This document shows, one piece after another, positions 32,468-54,362 of a DNA stretch of 64,000 nucleotides. The position numbers were made by a program, and so were the translations under genes. Origin of the DNA: Hormiphora californensis. Taxonomy: Eukaryota > Animalia > Ctenophora. The stretch spans positions 2,294,001 to 2,358,000 of the forward strand of contig CM035350.1 of assembly GCA_020137815.1 (NCBI GenBank). The letters run 5' to 3'. The notes beneath the pieces were generated by a model, which was not told the origin of the DNA, made no database searches, and saw only the letters and a program-made list of their open reading frames with translations. Each line of letters opens with the position of its first letter. Position 1 is the stretch's first letter.

Positions 32468-32907
32468 CCCTAGTAAACGCGTGTACGTCGTTAGTTGCAC
32501 GACATCGTTCTACTTCGTTAAAAAATGACCTTCGTTAACGGAGTCGAACGACGTCATTTATGCAACTCTTTTGAGCCGTGCATTTGTAGTTGCAAAAACG
32601 ACGTCGTTAACGAGGTCGTTTTTCGCATGCGCGGCCGTTAGTTGCATTATAAGCGATGTCGTTCGAGCCGTGCATTTGTAGTTGCAAAAACGACGTCGTT
32701 AACGAGGTCGTTTTTCGCATGCGCGGCCGTTAGTTGCATAAGCGATGTCGTTCGAGCCGTGCATTTGTAGTTGCAAAAACGACGTCGTTAACGAGGTCGT
32801 TTTTCGCATGCGCGGCCGTTAGTTGCATAAACGATGTCGTTCGACTCCGTTAACGAAGTAGAACGATGTCGTTTATGCAACTAACGACGTACACGCGTTT
32901 ACTAGGG
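32468..32907. mobile_element. MITE, TIR CCCTAGTAAACGCGTGTACGTCGTTAGTTGCA, TA TSD, internal ~90-bp tandem repeats
   Basis: Perfect ~32-bp TIRs; empty site with a single TA at ~35582. Confidence 0.9.
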
Positions 32908-33579
32908 TAATTAGTAGGACACATCCATCACAGTATCATGAGGAGCATATAGGCTACAATACAAGTACTCAGATAGGACGAACTACCGAGGGCTTCGAGT
33001 TGCCCGGGAAAGCTTCTCGGTGCCCGACCGGCGACCTCACTGCATGGGTGCATGAGGTGTGTCTATGTTTGTAGGTTTTTGGTCGGTCTGCGGTCGCCTG
33101 TACATTTGATTTTGATTTGTGCCCCTAGCTAATGAATTTGGTGAATATTTATTTATGATCGATGCCTTACTCCTTTGTGTATGCTGTGTTTCGGGTTAGA
33201 ACATAACAAGTTTTGCTCTATTTTTCACCACCTCCATTCTTACATTTTCCATCAGTGGTGTAGTAGGTTCGAATCCGGATGGGGTTATTTGGCTTACTTT
33301 TTACTTTCATGATTTTTTTTCTCTCTTTATTCATACCAGTGTGTTGTAACATGACACTGATAACATCACAATATCATAGAAGAACGCTTGTCAGTGCATA
33401 TGTGTGAGATCTCGCTGATCGATGTCAGGATCTCTAGTCGATAGAGAGGGAGCCTAGGAGGTAGCCTGTGATAGTCACGGATCCCGCAGCGCACGATAAG
33501 CTAATTGCTGAAAAGTCATGCTTTGTAGACTAGAGATCGAAACATTATATACAGCGCTGCTGAATAGTGAAATAAGCAA

Positions 33580-33652
33580 AGGTTTGTGGTCGAATGGAAT
33601 TGATTCTCGCCTCTCGAGCGGGAGACCCGGGTTCGATCCTCAGGTTTGACAA
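33580..33652 (+). other. tRNA-Glu(CTC)-like pseudogene or SINE head
   Basis: A-box TGGTCGAATGG, anticodon arm CTCGC-CTCTCGA-GCGGG and B-box GGTTCGATCC; the acceptor and T stems do not pair properly. Confidence 0.5.
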
Positions 33653-33759
33653 AAATCCATAACATTATTTTTTTATATTTTTAAATGTAACCCTTTGTTA
33701 TTACATATATATACACACAGTGTGGGCTGATACTACGGAATCTTTGGCAGTTACACAGA

Positions 33760-34671
33760 TGTTTTGATATTCAAACGAAGATAATGTTGGTGAAACAATT
33801 GATTATATCGAGGATTGATTACAGTAATATTCTGTACTGTGGACTTCCGGCCCGAGTTCTTGGTGGGCTCCAGAAAACACTAAACTCCTGTGTACGCTTT
33901 ATATTCAACATCCATGGGCATCAAGAGGATTACTCGGAATACTTCAGGCAGTGTCATATTTTACCCATCTCCTACAGACTGGACTTCAAAGCCTGTCTAA
34001 TCGCTTATAAGATAGTCTATGGAACGGCACCAGGTTACCTCCAGGAAATGGTTCCTCTTGATAAAAGCTGGGGAGTCTCCAGGACAACAAGGATGACTAG
34101 TGTTATTGATCCTTACAGATTAAAACACCCCAAGATGACCAGTATCAACGCCAATTCTAAATTGAGACGTAGGAGACTATCAGTATTTCTGCCTGCTATT
34201 TGGAATGAGCTACCCCTCGAGTTAAGGTCGATCCCCAACGTTGATACCTTTAAAGCTCGCCTGAAAACACATCTCTTCGTTGGTGCATTTGGAGTGGGTG
34301 ATGGGGAACCCATGGCTGAGTTGTAATGTTTGTTGTAGTTGTGGGGTCTGCGGGCAACCAGTGTCATCCTCTCTCTAGTCATGTTATTAAATCACTATCT
34401 GGTATCCTTTTTTGAGCAGGTGTGAGTATAGCGTGTTTAAAATTATATCTACAGGTTTATGGGACCAGTTATTCCCCCAGTTTGATAAGTCCAGTTAATT
34501 TGGTTTTCCATATATTGTCTTTTTCAACCAGAATTGTTCGTGTGCGATATTTTTACTCTAGGATATACCGCTCTGATGACTCGTCGGAACATCGCCAATA
34601 TTTTGACATGTTTCCGTCGGGTATGGGCGGTATATAAGCGCGGAATATTATTATTATTATTATTATTATTA
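33760..34671 (+). mobile_element. 5'-truncated L2/CR1-clade LINE (C-terminal ORF2 + 3' UTR + (TTA)n tail)
   Basis: LIISRIDYSN, HILPISYRLDFK, WNELPLELR and FKARLKTHLF; (TTA)n at 34646-34671. Confidence 0.85.
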
Positions 34672-34683
34672 TATAATAATATA

Positions 34684-34923
34684 CCTTACTCTCGTTAATT
34701 AAGCTCGCATATTTCAAGAAACTTTTAAAGAAGAAACTTTTTTCTAGGAAACTACAGGTGTCAGCAATCCAAAAACAAAAAGAATTTCTCCTTTATCAAG
34801 AAACTAAACAAGTTAGGGGTGTTCTATTTTGTTGTGGTGTCTCTGAATTGTGTGATTTACATTTGAAAAGTTTCTTATAAAAAAGTTTCTTACTAAAGCG
34901 TTTCTTAAAAAACGAGAGTAAGG
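34684..34923. mobile_element. MITE, TIR CCTTACTCTCGTT, TA TSD (copy 2)
   Basis: Near-identical to 8284-8524. Confidence 0.9.
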
Positions 34924-35040
34924 TAGTTAATTAATCGATGTGTTGAAACTTAATTAATAAAATAGAAAAATTTGTTTCCATCCCAGTCATTTTTTTAAAT
35001 TCAGGATCCTAGTCGGATTGAGATACTTTGACACTGGGAC

Positions 35041-35824
35041 TCCTCTCCCTCTTGATTTTTAAAACAAATGGCGAGAGGGATGGATCACTGCTTTTCTTTA
35101 AAAGTGGCATAACTAACATATATGTATAGGAATCGCCCGCATTATAAAATGTTGAATATATTCAACATTTTATAATGCGGGCGATTCCTTTGTTCAGAAT
35201 TTATTTTTTGCGATGCTGATACATACCTATTATGTATATTTTGTAAGTCTTATAATCTAGGGAGATGATTCTTTTCAAGTTTAAAACATTCACTGGGCTT
35301 CGTGAGCCGCTGTGCCACGTCAAGGCTCCTCTTCCTATTGTTCCTTGGTGTTGCTTGAGCGGCTGGTATGTTAGCAGACTGCAGACCCATGAGGGATAAG
35401 CCTGTAGTGTTACCACAAGGACTTTCTCAGGCTCGCTCATGGGTGCAAAGGGGTCTTACTATTAGCCTAGTAGTAAGACCCCTTAGGCCCTAACTTAGTA
35501 CTAGGGCCTAAGAGGAGAGTTGAGAATTGCACTCTACCACCGTGTGCAGCAACGGCCTACGGATATCATCTGTTATTATAATAATTAGTAGGACACAGCC
35601 ATCACAGTATCATGAGGCGCATATTTAAGTACTCAGATAGGGAAAGCTTCTCGGTGCCCGACCGGCGACCTCACTGCATGGGTGCATGAGGTGTGTCTAT
35701 GTTTGTAGGTTTTTGGTCGGTCTGCGGTCGCCTATACATTTGATTTTGATGTGTGCCCTTAGCTAATGAATTTGGTGAATATTTATTTATGATCGATGCC
35801 TTACTCCTTTGTGTATGCTGTGTC
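35041..35824. repeat. Copy B (uninterrupted) of the duplicated segment
   Basis: Matches 30812-33188 minus the insertions; contains twin hairpins at ~35449-35512. Confidence 0.85.
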
Positions 35825-36045
35825 TTTCTAATGAAACTGCTGGGAATTTTGTCTCACATGACAACCCATCATTACATTGAAAGTAGTCAGATCACATATC
35901 TCCATACTGGCGGTGATGGCCCGATCTAAGCGCAAACGGGCGATGCCAATGGAAGGCAGGGAAAGGCAGCATTATGAAAACATAATTACTCTTTTTATTA
36001 CATACTATGAACCAATGAAATAACTTGACTTCCCATTTCATATAG

Positions 36046-39000
36046 ATGTGGCGGGTCTACCTGTTTGTGCTGATTGCCGGTCATCATTTTATCACCCACG
36101 CCAACAACTGCAGTATAACTGAAATTGGTCCCTTTCTTGCTGACTCATGCTCGGAAAAAAATGCCACAGGATATATAAAATTTCGGTGCCCTAACTCGAA
36201 CGTAACCTTTGATGCCTACTCAATCTATTACCTGACTTATCGCAAAAAGGGTAAACATGTTACACGACTGTGTCCAGATGACTCCGCTGTCTACCAAGCA
36301 TGTGTTGTTAAATACCTAGAACAGAAATTTTGGTTGAGGATCGAGAAATATCAGCTGTTTGATTCTCGACCTGTATGTGGTCGTTTGTGTTGGGACGGTC
36401 AGTATAGCGACTACCTGTATACAGATGACCAGCACTGTCCAGAAGACAAAGAGAAGACACAAGAATTTACCTACACCCTGCCTCGCTCTCCACAGGACAT
36501 CTTCCCTATCCGGCCAAGTCTTGTGTGTGACGGGAAGTGTGATTATTGGGAGAATAGTTGGAAGTGTGTCGATGAGTTGGATTGTAATGGATTGTCATAT
36601 GGCATCATTATTCCTGGATTTGGCGTTTATCCCTTATCTGTTCATCTTTCTGGAGATTTTAGTGATGGGCCCGAATTCAGAAACATAACGTTTGAGGGAG
36701 CTTGTAAATCAACTGAAACGTCTGTAGACCAGTATCCGTTGAGCAACCGAACCCGATGTTTTTATATGCGAAAAAAGGTAAGGGTAGGTCTAAGTTACCC
36801 ATTCACATACTGTATCAACGGTCATGATCAGACTAACTGCTCCTATTCCGGGTTTGTAGCGGGACAATGCAAGGTAGATGGATTCCCCACAAACATTTCA
36901 ACCCACATGTTATGTGTGAAAGATATGCCAATTGTGTGCGATGACAAACTGGATGAGGAGTGTGTTACAACTGACCGTCATTGTCGCCTTCACAAACACC
37001 GACTCTGTGATGGTCACAGTGACTGTAGTTCAGATGCGGATGAGAAACGTGGCGTGTGTAGCAGGCTCACTAAGAGGAAGTGTAAACGGATAATGACTCA
37101 GGTTACATCTATGCTTCCCATTCCCTCCAATTGGGTCCAAGATGGCGTAGTTGATTGTGTAGGAGGAGAGGACGAGGACTTCACCAGCTGGGAGAGGTGT
37201 GGAACAGGATCTACAAGTAGAGTTCAGAAAGATGGGAATTGTAAAGGTGTCTTCTTGTGTCGACCGGAGGAAGAATTAACATTTTTGGAACTGGAAGACG
37301 TTTGCTCAATGACTGCCTCTGCTTGTGGAGGAAAAGTGTGCAGAATCTCAAACCAAGCCGTGACTCGATCTGGCTTGACTGAAACTGTTGAGGGCGACAA
37401 GCGGATCATACGTAGTGGATGGTGTCAAAAGGGATTGGAAAACTTCAGACAACTGATGGGTGACAGCTGTACTGAAAAAGATTTCACACATCCATTTCAT
37501 GAGTTTTTTGGGAAAACTCAGACCACTCAATTGATTCTCTCGACAGTCCAACAGGATTGTCGCTACTTCTATGGCAACCAGTACGTCTACTTAAGCTGCA
37601 GTGGCCAGTGCCGTAACGAAAAATGCCCCTTGCAAAAACCAATCTTGCACTCGTCGTGTGGAAATATTGAGAATGTTCGGTATTCCATTGCTCAACCTGG
37701 AGTGACCGTGGTAAAAAAGGACAGGCACGGCTATCACAATAACTTCTTTGCTTGTAATACTAATCTTTGTATACCGTTTTCCAAGGTTTGTAACTTGGTG
37801 GACGACTGTGGGGATGGATCAGACTGAAGGGAATTGCGAAAATAGCTTGAAATGTGAAGGAAGTAGTAAATACATTGTGATAAGTCAAATGTGCGATGGG
37901 GCAATTGACTGCCCTGATTTGTCCGACGAATGCAACAGTATTTGTCATCGGAAGTCTATCGAAAATATCGGGATTATGGTTTGTGCAATGGTGATGGGTA
38001 TAGTCGGGACAATGTTGAGTGGAGCCCAAATCATCAGAAGCCTCTTCTTTGATGAACCCTCCAAGAAGGACAGTTTGTTTGTCAACAAAGTACTTTCCAA
38101 TCTTATCGCTCTTGGTGACCTCCTCACATCATTGTACCTACTGATTCTGTTTACATTTCACTGGCTTCAAGAACATAGTTTTTGTGAAAAGCAGCTAGCT
38201 TGGGTCAGCAGCTTCTCCTGCCAGTTCATCGGTATTATTAGTACAACAGGCACCACCATCACTTCTCTCTCCATGGCAGTTGCCAGCCTGTTCAAACTCC
38301 AAGGAACCACACGTGGACTTAGATACCGGAGGTCCAATGATATCAGCCAGAAATTTAAGAAAAAGGTCTTTGTAATGGTGGTTGCTATAATTTTTATAGC
38401 AGTCAGTTTTGCAATTACCCCAATTATTTCCGCCTTTGAGGATGGTTTCGTAAACGGGCTTACTTACGAAGATGCCACTCAGCTTTTCCTGGGAGTGATG
38501 ACAAAAGAGAAGCTCCTGGCGATTATCCAGGGATACCATGGCACCAGGATGATCACCAGATCCGAGACTGACCTCTCCTGGGCGAGGATAAGGAGTATTG
38601 TGAGCAGCATGTTTACTAACGGTGGGGTACAGTACAGGAAGTTATCCTTCTATGGAAATGATCCAGTTTGTCTGTTCAAATTCTTTGTCCTTCCCGATGA
38701 TCCTCAGGTGACGTTCGTGTGGCTTTACATTTCCCTACAATTAGTCTGTTTCCTAACTGTGGCCGTTGGTCACACTGTCATTGGGGTTCTGGTAGCACGG
38801 AGTAATGCACCAGAGGGAAGCAATCTTGCTTCGAAGCTTAACCAGAAAATTATGTTAGTTTGTGCCACTGATTTCTGCTGCTGGGTGCCGTTTCTGATTT
38901 GTTGTGCCCTCCACACGGCCGAGGTAGTCGATATGTCACCATGGTACCAGGTTTTCTCGCTCACCATTCTGCCCATAAATGCCGTTATTAACCCACTGCT

Positions 39001-39115
39001 CTACAACATCGAAATCCTCACTTCTGCCCTGGATTTCTGCAAGAATTTGTTTAGGAAGGACGGCAGATTCCAAGTGGAGCCAGCTATCCCAGCTGATCGT
39101 GAACAAGACCAATGA
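36046..39115 (+). CDS. Rhodopsin-class GPCR with a Cys-rich LDLa-repeat ectodomain (GRL101/RXFP-like), intronless; one frameshift at ~37825
   Basis: Signal peptide; LDLa motifs CDGKCD..DE, CDGHSDCSSDADE, DGVVDCVGGEDE, CNLVDDCGDGSD and CDGAIDCPDLSDE; 7TM with NLIALGDLL, TDFCCWVP and LPINAVINPLLY. Confidence 0.85.
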
Positions 39116-39697
39116 TAAAACTAACAGACGGGAGTAATTTTATCGCTATTATTACAAATGTAATATGCTGTTATTTGCAGAAGCACAAAAGCCGATTTTA
39201 TTCTCAACAAATATTAATGATGTTATGTATGGCGTATGCATATAGTTTATCTATTGAAATTCCTCGTTTTCTTAAAATACGAGTCCATAGAGGAGGCAAT
39301 CATTCAGTCCTTTAGTCCTCTAGTCGGTACTATCGACTCGGTAGCGCGGAATAAATAACCCGTCATTTTCAAATTTTAGGATGGACGAGATTTTTGATAT
39401 TTGGGCAAAAATCATGATATTTTTCTCGACCTGTGTTCTAATTATAAAAAGTTAAAACCTTCAGAAAATTTAATTTTATTTGATTCTATTTGAAAAATAC
39501 AGCCAAAAAATCTCAAAATTCTCAGGAATCAATGAGAAAAAGTTTTGAAAATCTCAAAAATCTCATGTACCAAAAGTGGGATGGATGAAATTCTTGAGGC
39601 TGCCCCCCCCCCCCCCCAAAAACTTTTGTCTAACCAGTAACAGCTCTTTCACAAGAAATTTAAATGCATGCAAAAAGTGGTTCACGATGGATTGAGT

Positions 39698-40143
39698 TCA
39701 ACAACCAGTCACAGAAAAAAAAACTAACTCACTTTCAGAAATGTCGATGTATCTCAATTTGGTAAGTCCCTTCCGCATGTACATTGAGGGGTAGACAAGT
39801 GTTTGGAGATGGTTAGCAGTAAGCTTTGTCCTGGAAAGAGACAACCAGTTCAGCCTGTCCAACTTCACCACAACCTTCACCATGGCTTCTGTGGCACTCG
39901 ACATCTTTAGGGTAGGTCTGAATTTAGGGTAGGTCTGAATTTAGGAAAGGTCTGGATTGAGGGTAGGGTGCCGTTAAATCGGGGCCCGACTGTATTACCT
40001 AATTTGGCTATTGCAGCGGAGACCCGGAATTCGCTAGAGCGGACATCACCTACTACTTTGCGGCGCTTTCCAGGCCGAGAAATAGTTCCACTGGCAGCAT
40101 CCACACAGTAAAAATCTCCAACATCAGTGTCACCATGGTTCAT
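39698..40143 (-). pseudogene. Possible LRR-gene fragment
   Basis: LDRLNWLSLSRTKL and LTKLRYIDISES fit the LxxLxxLxLxxN/T pattern; no clean in-frame gene model with the upstream ORF. Confidence 0.3.
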
Positions 40144-40198
40144 AGTTCTTATATATGGAGAAGATTTGAAGAATTAGATAGTAAAGACTCCTTCAGTT

Positions 40199-40377
40199 GT
40201 GCTCCGTCATATTTGACACCCACATGGCGTTGCCTACGACGTCTTGTACGACATAAGTTGCTAACAACTTTGTTTACAGAGAGAGCACACGGAGTAGCGC
40301 ATTAATTGTTAGCAGCCTACGTCGTACAAGAAGTCGTATGCGACGCTATCGTACCGGCGACAAATATGACATAGCAC
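40199..40377. mobile_element. Degenerate MITE
   Basis: Imperfect inverted ends GTGCT..GTCATATTTG / CAAATATGAC..AGCAC; internal CTTGTACGAC/GTCGTACAAG. Confidence 0.5.
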
Positions 40378-40520
40378 CACTTGCACTGATAGAAAGACAA
40401 CAACGCTCAAATTAAAAAAAACGTTCTCATACCTGAGAAATATAAATAGGGACTTTACAACAATTACAAAACTAAAACGTTAAAACTTTTGTACAACATA
40501 AATTTCAAATGAGATCACAT

Positions 40521-43190
40521 TTACCGCTGACTGAACCGCGTATACAGTTCCTGGCTTATGAACGGCTCAAGAATGTCCAACAAATCACTTCTGCTAATTC
40601 GCTTTCCAACCCCTTCCTCACCGTCCTGTTCCTCAAGTCGATGGGTCACTAGAGGACAGTTAGAATCCGTAGTGACTTGAGCACCGTACATCTCCGCTGT
40701 GTAGGACATGGCACACCTCTGCCTAGTCCACAATACAATGTCCCTAAGGGCGAACCTCCAAAAGTCAGCGAACTCTGGATACCGCCTCAGTGATGTATCA
40801 TCACTATCATCTGGGATTTCTGTGGTCATAGAACCAATTATCTGGTGTATCTCATCAACTGTAACTGATTCTGTGTAACTGTCACCATGCTCATCAAATC
40901 CTCCTAGCACAAGGCTTCTCATGTCTGCCGGGCAGTGAAGCATCAGTCGGGGAGGACATGGTCTGGGTTTGTCATTACAATACCTAATCCAAGCTATATC
41001 CTGTACCACATGTTTACCCTGTTTGATGATGTTCTTCACAGAGACACTCTGTCGACCACACAGCACGGTTGAGCCAGGAATAGGGGTGAATACTAATTCT
41101 CCACTGTGTTCCTTTATAAAGGTTTCTGCTTGCTCTTTCGTGACACTCTCCGAGGCTGAGAGAACACAAAACAGTTTGTTTAAAAGGCCGGAGCTTTTTA
41201 CCTCGATTTTAGGTTTCACATCAACTTTCTGCCTTTTTCTTGGAGAAATGTTGTGCGTTCCAACCTTAGCCACACCTCTCTTGTTTTGAGTCCTCATGGC
41301 TTCAAGCTCAGATACCTGGGTACAATCCTCGGGTAGTTTGTCGTCACGGACACACACCACTCGCGGAAATCGTAGAGTCAGAGGAAGTCCAAAATGGCTG
41401 GAGTTCATCAACTCAGCTCCCCGGATCTCGAGGACTAGAGAATTAGCTGGGTCAATAACTACATGAGGTTTCTCTCGTCCCATTACAACGCATCCTGGCA
41501 GGGAGGAACTGTCAAACTTCTTCCAGAATGGTTCAAGTCGGGACAACTTGTTCTCAAGATCGTGTTTAGTGATCCCTGAGGACACTTTACAAAACGTTGT
41601 CCACGTACTGTCATCAGATTTTAGGGCACATAAAAAGTTCCTAATTTTGCCACTGGCAGTATGTTTTCCATAAAATCCACCCACAATCACTGCATCCACA
41701 GTGTCGTTCATCAGACCTAGATAGTCGGTCTTGATCTTGAACCATCCTCCGTCGATCCGCTTGTCAGGTGTGTAGACGGATGCACAGCTCTTAACAACTA
41801 ATCCCTCCTCACCTCTCTCGATAGCCTCATTTAGCAGTTCCAATACTGCTGCCTTGGTGGAACAACTAGTGAACCGAGACATACTGAGATAGCCATGGAC
41901 AGGTCTAACTACCTTCTCAAGGATGACCCTTCTCTCCGTAAGGGATGTGAGGGTGAGGTTCTGAGAGTCCAGATATAAGATATCGTAGGCTATGAAAGAA
42001 GGCACAAACCGAGAAGTGTCAACCATCTTTCTAGCGTCCTTTCCCTCAGCCTTGGTTACGAAGGCCCTCTCTTGTAAATCGTAAACCATGATCTCCCCAT
42101 CAAGAATGCAGTTGTTGGCGAGGATGTTAGGTTGAATAAATGGAGTTAGACTCCCAATAAGAGGATTCTCCCCATACACGTGACTATACTCAATAGCACC
42201 ACGGGAGTAATACATGTACTTTTCCCCGTCTTTATGGACCTGAAGGGGGAATTAAATTAGAAAACACGACATTGATATTTGAAAATACACTACCTAATCG
42301 ATGGAACACATACCTGCATTCGTTCACCGTCGTATTTAGTTTCAACAATGAACTCTCTGTTATTCATCAGTGCCTCAATCCTTTCAATATCCGTAACTCG
42401 ATCAGCTAACATGGGCTTGAAAACTTGGCCAAGAGAAATTCCTTGACAGCTGAAAAAAAAAACTAACTTTAAAAACAAATAAGAAATAAGAATTGCAGCT
42501 TGTAATCTTACTATCTCCAATCACCCAACCAATCTTACTATGTATTAGTAATAAAGCTGCTACTTACATCGATGCAAGTTGGCCGAGATTTTCGCAAATT
42601 TTCTTCAAATCAGAACAGATTGTGTAAGCCGCTTCTGCCTTAGGATCAATAGCAGTAAGGAAACTAAGTTCTGACACGCCAAGGTGAAGGTCCTTCAGTA
42701 TGATGCGACATAGCCACTTCTGTTGAACGGGCGGCATGTCCCTAACAAGTGTTTCAATCAAATGATTCACTTTATCATTGTGGTTTCCTGCCCCACTCTG
42801 CACTGAGTCCAAAAGATCGTTGATATCCTCAACTGAAAACTCTCTTGTACCTTGACATCTGCTTATCAAAATGCTTTCAAGAGCTCCAGGAAGATCACGG
42901 GTTCTCTTCACTGCTTTGAAGTTCTGTAACCTCTTGGCCTCGTTACTACTCTTTGAAATACACAAGGCTGCGATGTATTTGTTGGTGAGTGTAGCTTCCT
43001 TAATGTTGTAGGAGGATCGGGCCTTGTCGAGCTTCGGGATCACCAGCCGAATCGTCTGGTAGCTTTTTGAGCAAGTTGTAAAAAACTCAGTCCAAATTTT
43101 TAGCTTTTCTGGTCTGGAATTGTTAGCTGATATCGCCTCAAAGAACAAACAAAGCTTGTTAAACGTCATTAGAGTTTCCTTTGACTTCAT
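40521..43190 (-). CDS. LIG4: DNA ligase IV (exons 43190-42568, 42449-42314, 42239-40521)
   Basis: N-terminal DNA-binding domain (YNIKE, QKWLCRIILKDL), FKPMLA, adenylation motif ETKYDGERMQVH, CILDGE, EGLVVK, WFKIK, LRFPR, C-terminal BRCT-like region and D.HGDSY. Confidence 0.92.
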
Positions 43191-43260
43191 AGATCACTAA
43201 AAGAAAGGTTTTAAAGGTAGGGAAAAGAAAAACAATAAATAAATAAATTTTAAAAGCATT

Positions 43261-43644
43261 AAGGAACCATAATAAAGTTCAAGAGCGCACCCCATCCAAG
43301 AGCGCACCACCTCCAAAAGACACCACTTCAAGAGCGCACCACATCAAAGAGAGCTCCCCATCCAGAAGATACCGCGCGCAGGGGACACCACGCGCAGAAG
43401 AGACCGCACGCGCAAATACAACGCCGCGCTGGTCTCTTCTGCGCGTGGTGTCCCCTGCGCGTGGTATCTTCTGGATGGGGAGCTCTCTTTGATGTGGTGC
43501 GCTCTTGAAGTGGTGTCTTCTGGAGGTGGTGCGCTCTTGGATGTGGTCTCTTTTGGGTGTGGTACGCTCTCAGGTGTGGTCTCTCTTCGATCGGGTGTGC
43601 TCTTGGGTGCTCTTGGAGGCTCTTGAACTTTATTATGGTTCCTT
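43261..43644. mobile_element. Foldback element with long TIRs and ~18-20-bp subrepeats
   Basis: AAGGAACCATAATAAAGTTCAAGAGC...GCTCTTGAACTTTATTATGGTTCCTT; the interior is largely self-complementary. Confidence 0.8.
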
Positions 43645-43940
43645 TTTGGAAGGAAACAAAATTTGTTTTTATTTTTTGGAAAAATATTTTACATCGCCAC
43701 GCGCGCGGCACAGTGCGGGATAATGCAGCGCTTTTCAATTATCGCGCGCGCGTTTTTAAGCGACAAATTTTTATTTAAAGGTTCGGGGTCTTTTTGGCAA
43801 ACGTTAAAATCGGGGTGCCTGGGTACTCTCGAGACTCGAGTCTCGACACTTCAGCCGTCAGCGTAAGCCCTAAGGCGTTGTACAACGTTGTAGGTTCACT
43901 CTGTGACCAATCGTGTGGTATGTGACACCAGCGGGCAACA

Positions 43941-44520
43941 ACATACACTCTACAAGTCTTTGATAAGATGCAAACTGGAATACTGTTCACCTTTGTGGTC
44001 ACCTTACCTTAAAGGAGACATACAAGCTCTGGAGAGCGTACAGAGGCAGTTTACCAGGAGGATTGAGGACATGGCGCATTTGGACTATTGGGAGCGGTTG
44101 AAGAAACTGAGATTGATGTCCCTTCAGTGAAGAAGAGAGCGCTATACCATCATACAGATGTGGAAGAGCTACAATGGTGCATCCCCGAATAGCACGAATA
44201 CACGGTTCTACCACCATGAACGGCTTGGCATCAGAGCCGAAGTACCTTCCCTCTACAGCGGAGCACAGAAGTCTATCTCAACTAAGTACTTCAACTCCTT
44301 CGGTGTGAGGGCCGCACGGTTGTGGAATACATTACCGAAAGAGGTCAACACGGCAGAGACATTGGACCCGGACAATCCACCTGTTAAGGGTTATAGGACT
44401 CATAATGGGAATTCCATCTTGGATTGGGTGCTAGTGGTTCGGGCTAAAGGGGGATGTTTAAAAGACTGACACCAGTTATGTTTTATGTAATAAAGTTTAT
44501 TTCATCAAGTTTCATCAAGT
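43941..44520 (+). mobile_element. CR1-clade LINE 3' fragment
   Basis: LYKSLIRCKLEYCSPLWSP...ESVQRQFTRRI...YWERLKKLRLMSLQ*RRER...WNTLP, then AATAAA-like signal and TTTCATCAAG repeats. Confidence 0.85.
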
Positions 44521-44947
44521 TAAAATCTGGGTGCCTTCCGTTGCTAACAATTCATCGATTTTGGCGGTCGAGAGTCGAGACGGGCTAGGGCTGCCCGTTT
44601 GGTTTTGTTTTAGGGATATCGGTTAAAGTCGGATTTTTTGAAACTGTCGCACCCCTGAAATAACAAAATGTGTCATATCTCCGGTTCCTGATAAGATAGA
44701 GACTTGAAATTTGGAGGTTCGGAAGAACTTAGCAAGATCTTCGTAACCTCCAAATTTCAAGTCTCTATCTCCTCAGGAACCGGAGTTATGGTCATTTTAA
44801 GAAGTTTGAAAACTCTAAAAAACGACAGTTATTTAAAATCCGACTATAGTGCTATAGATTATCTATCAGAATTCAGATACCGTAATAATAATCTTTTCGT
44901 AGCGTCGCGTGCACCTGTAAACAAGCACCAGGCACCCAGATTATAAT
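44520..44947. mobile_element. MITE (TIR AATCTGGGTGCCT) carrying a nested AAGTCGGATTTT-family MITE (~44626-44846)
   Basis: AATCTGGGTGCCT...AGGCACCCAGATT; the inner element's ends match 56755-56905. Confidence 0.65.
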
Positions 44948-45175
44948 CATACATCTAACGTGCGAGTTGCGACTCTGGCGCCTCTAGATTCTGGTTGACT
45001 CTGTTCACTGAGTTTTTAGCTCTTGCAGAATGACCTTCTATTTCATTCATGATAACCCTGGCATTGCAATAGTTGGTAGTAATCTTCAAAACAGCTTCTA
45101 CTTATACTTATTATTTAATATTTGATATAGGCTCTCAAGCTGGCAGATCTAGGCAGGTGTGATACGGTTGATACA

Positions 45176-54362
<9,187 letters not shown>

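Larger units (their letters stand above)
30812..33188. repeat. Copy A of a ~790-bp duplicated segment, interrupted by two insertions
   Basis: 30812-31147 + 32308-32467 + 32908-33188 align to 35041-35824. Confidence 0.85.

Noticed and set aside
33580-33652. Functional tRNA-Glu
   Set aside because: The acceptor and T stems do not pair; treated as a SINE head or pseudogene.
30812-35824. LTR retrotransposon bounded by the direct repeats
   Set aside because: No TG...CA termini, PBS, PPT or gag/pol; the interior consists of unrelated LINE, SINE and MITE pieces.
37748-37827. Separate secreted LDLa protein and GPCR genes
   Set aside because: The break falls inside an LDLa motif (DCGDGSD|E); removing one base fuses the two ORFs.
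43328-43778. ORFs upstream of LIG4
   Set aside because: They arise from the subrepeats of the foldback element.
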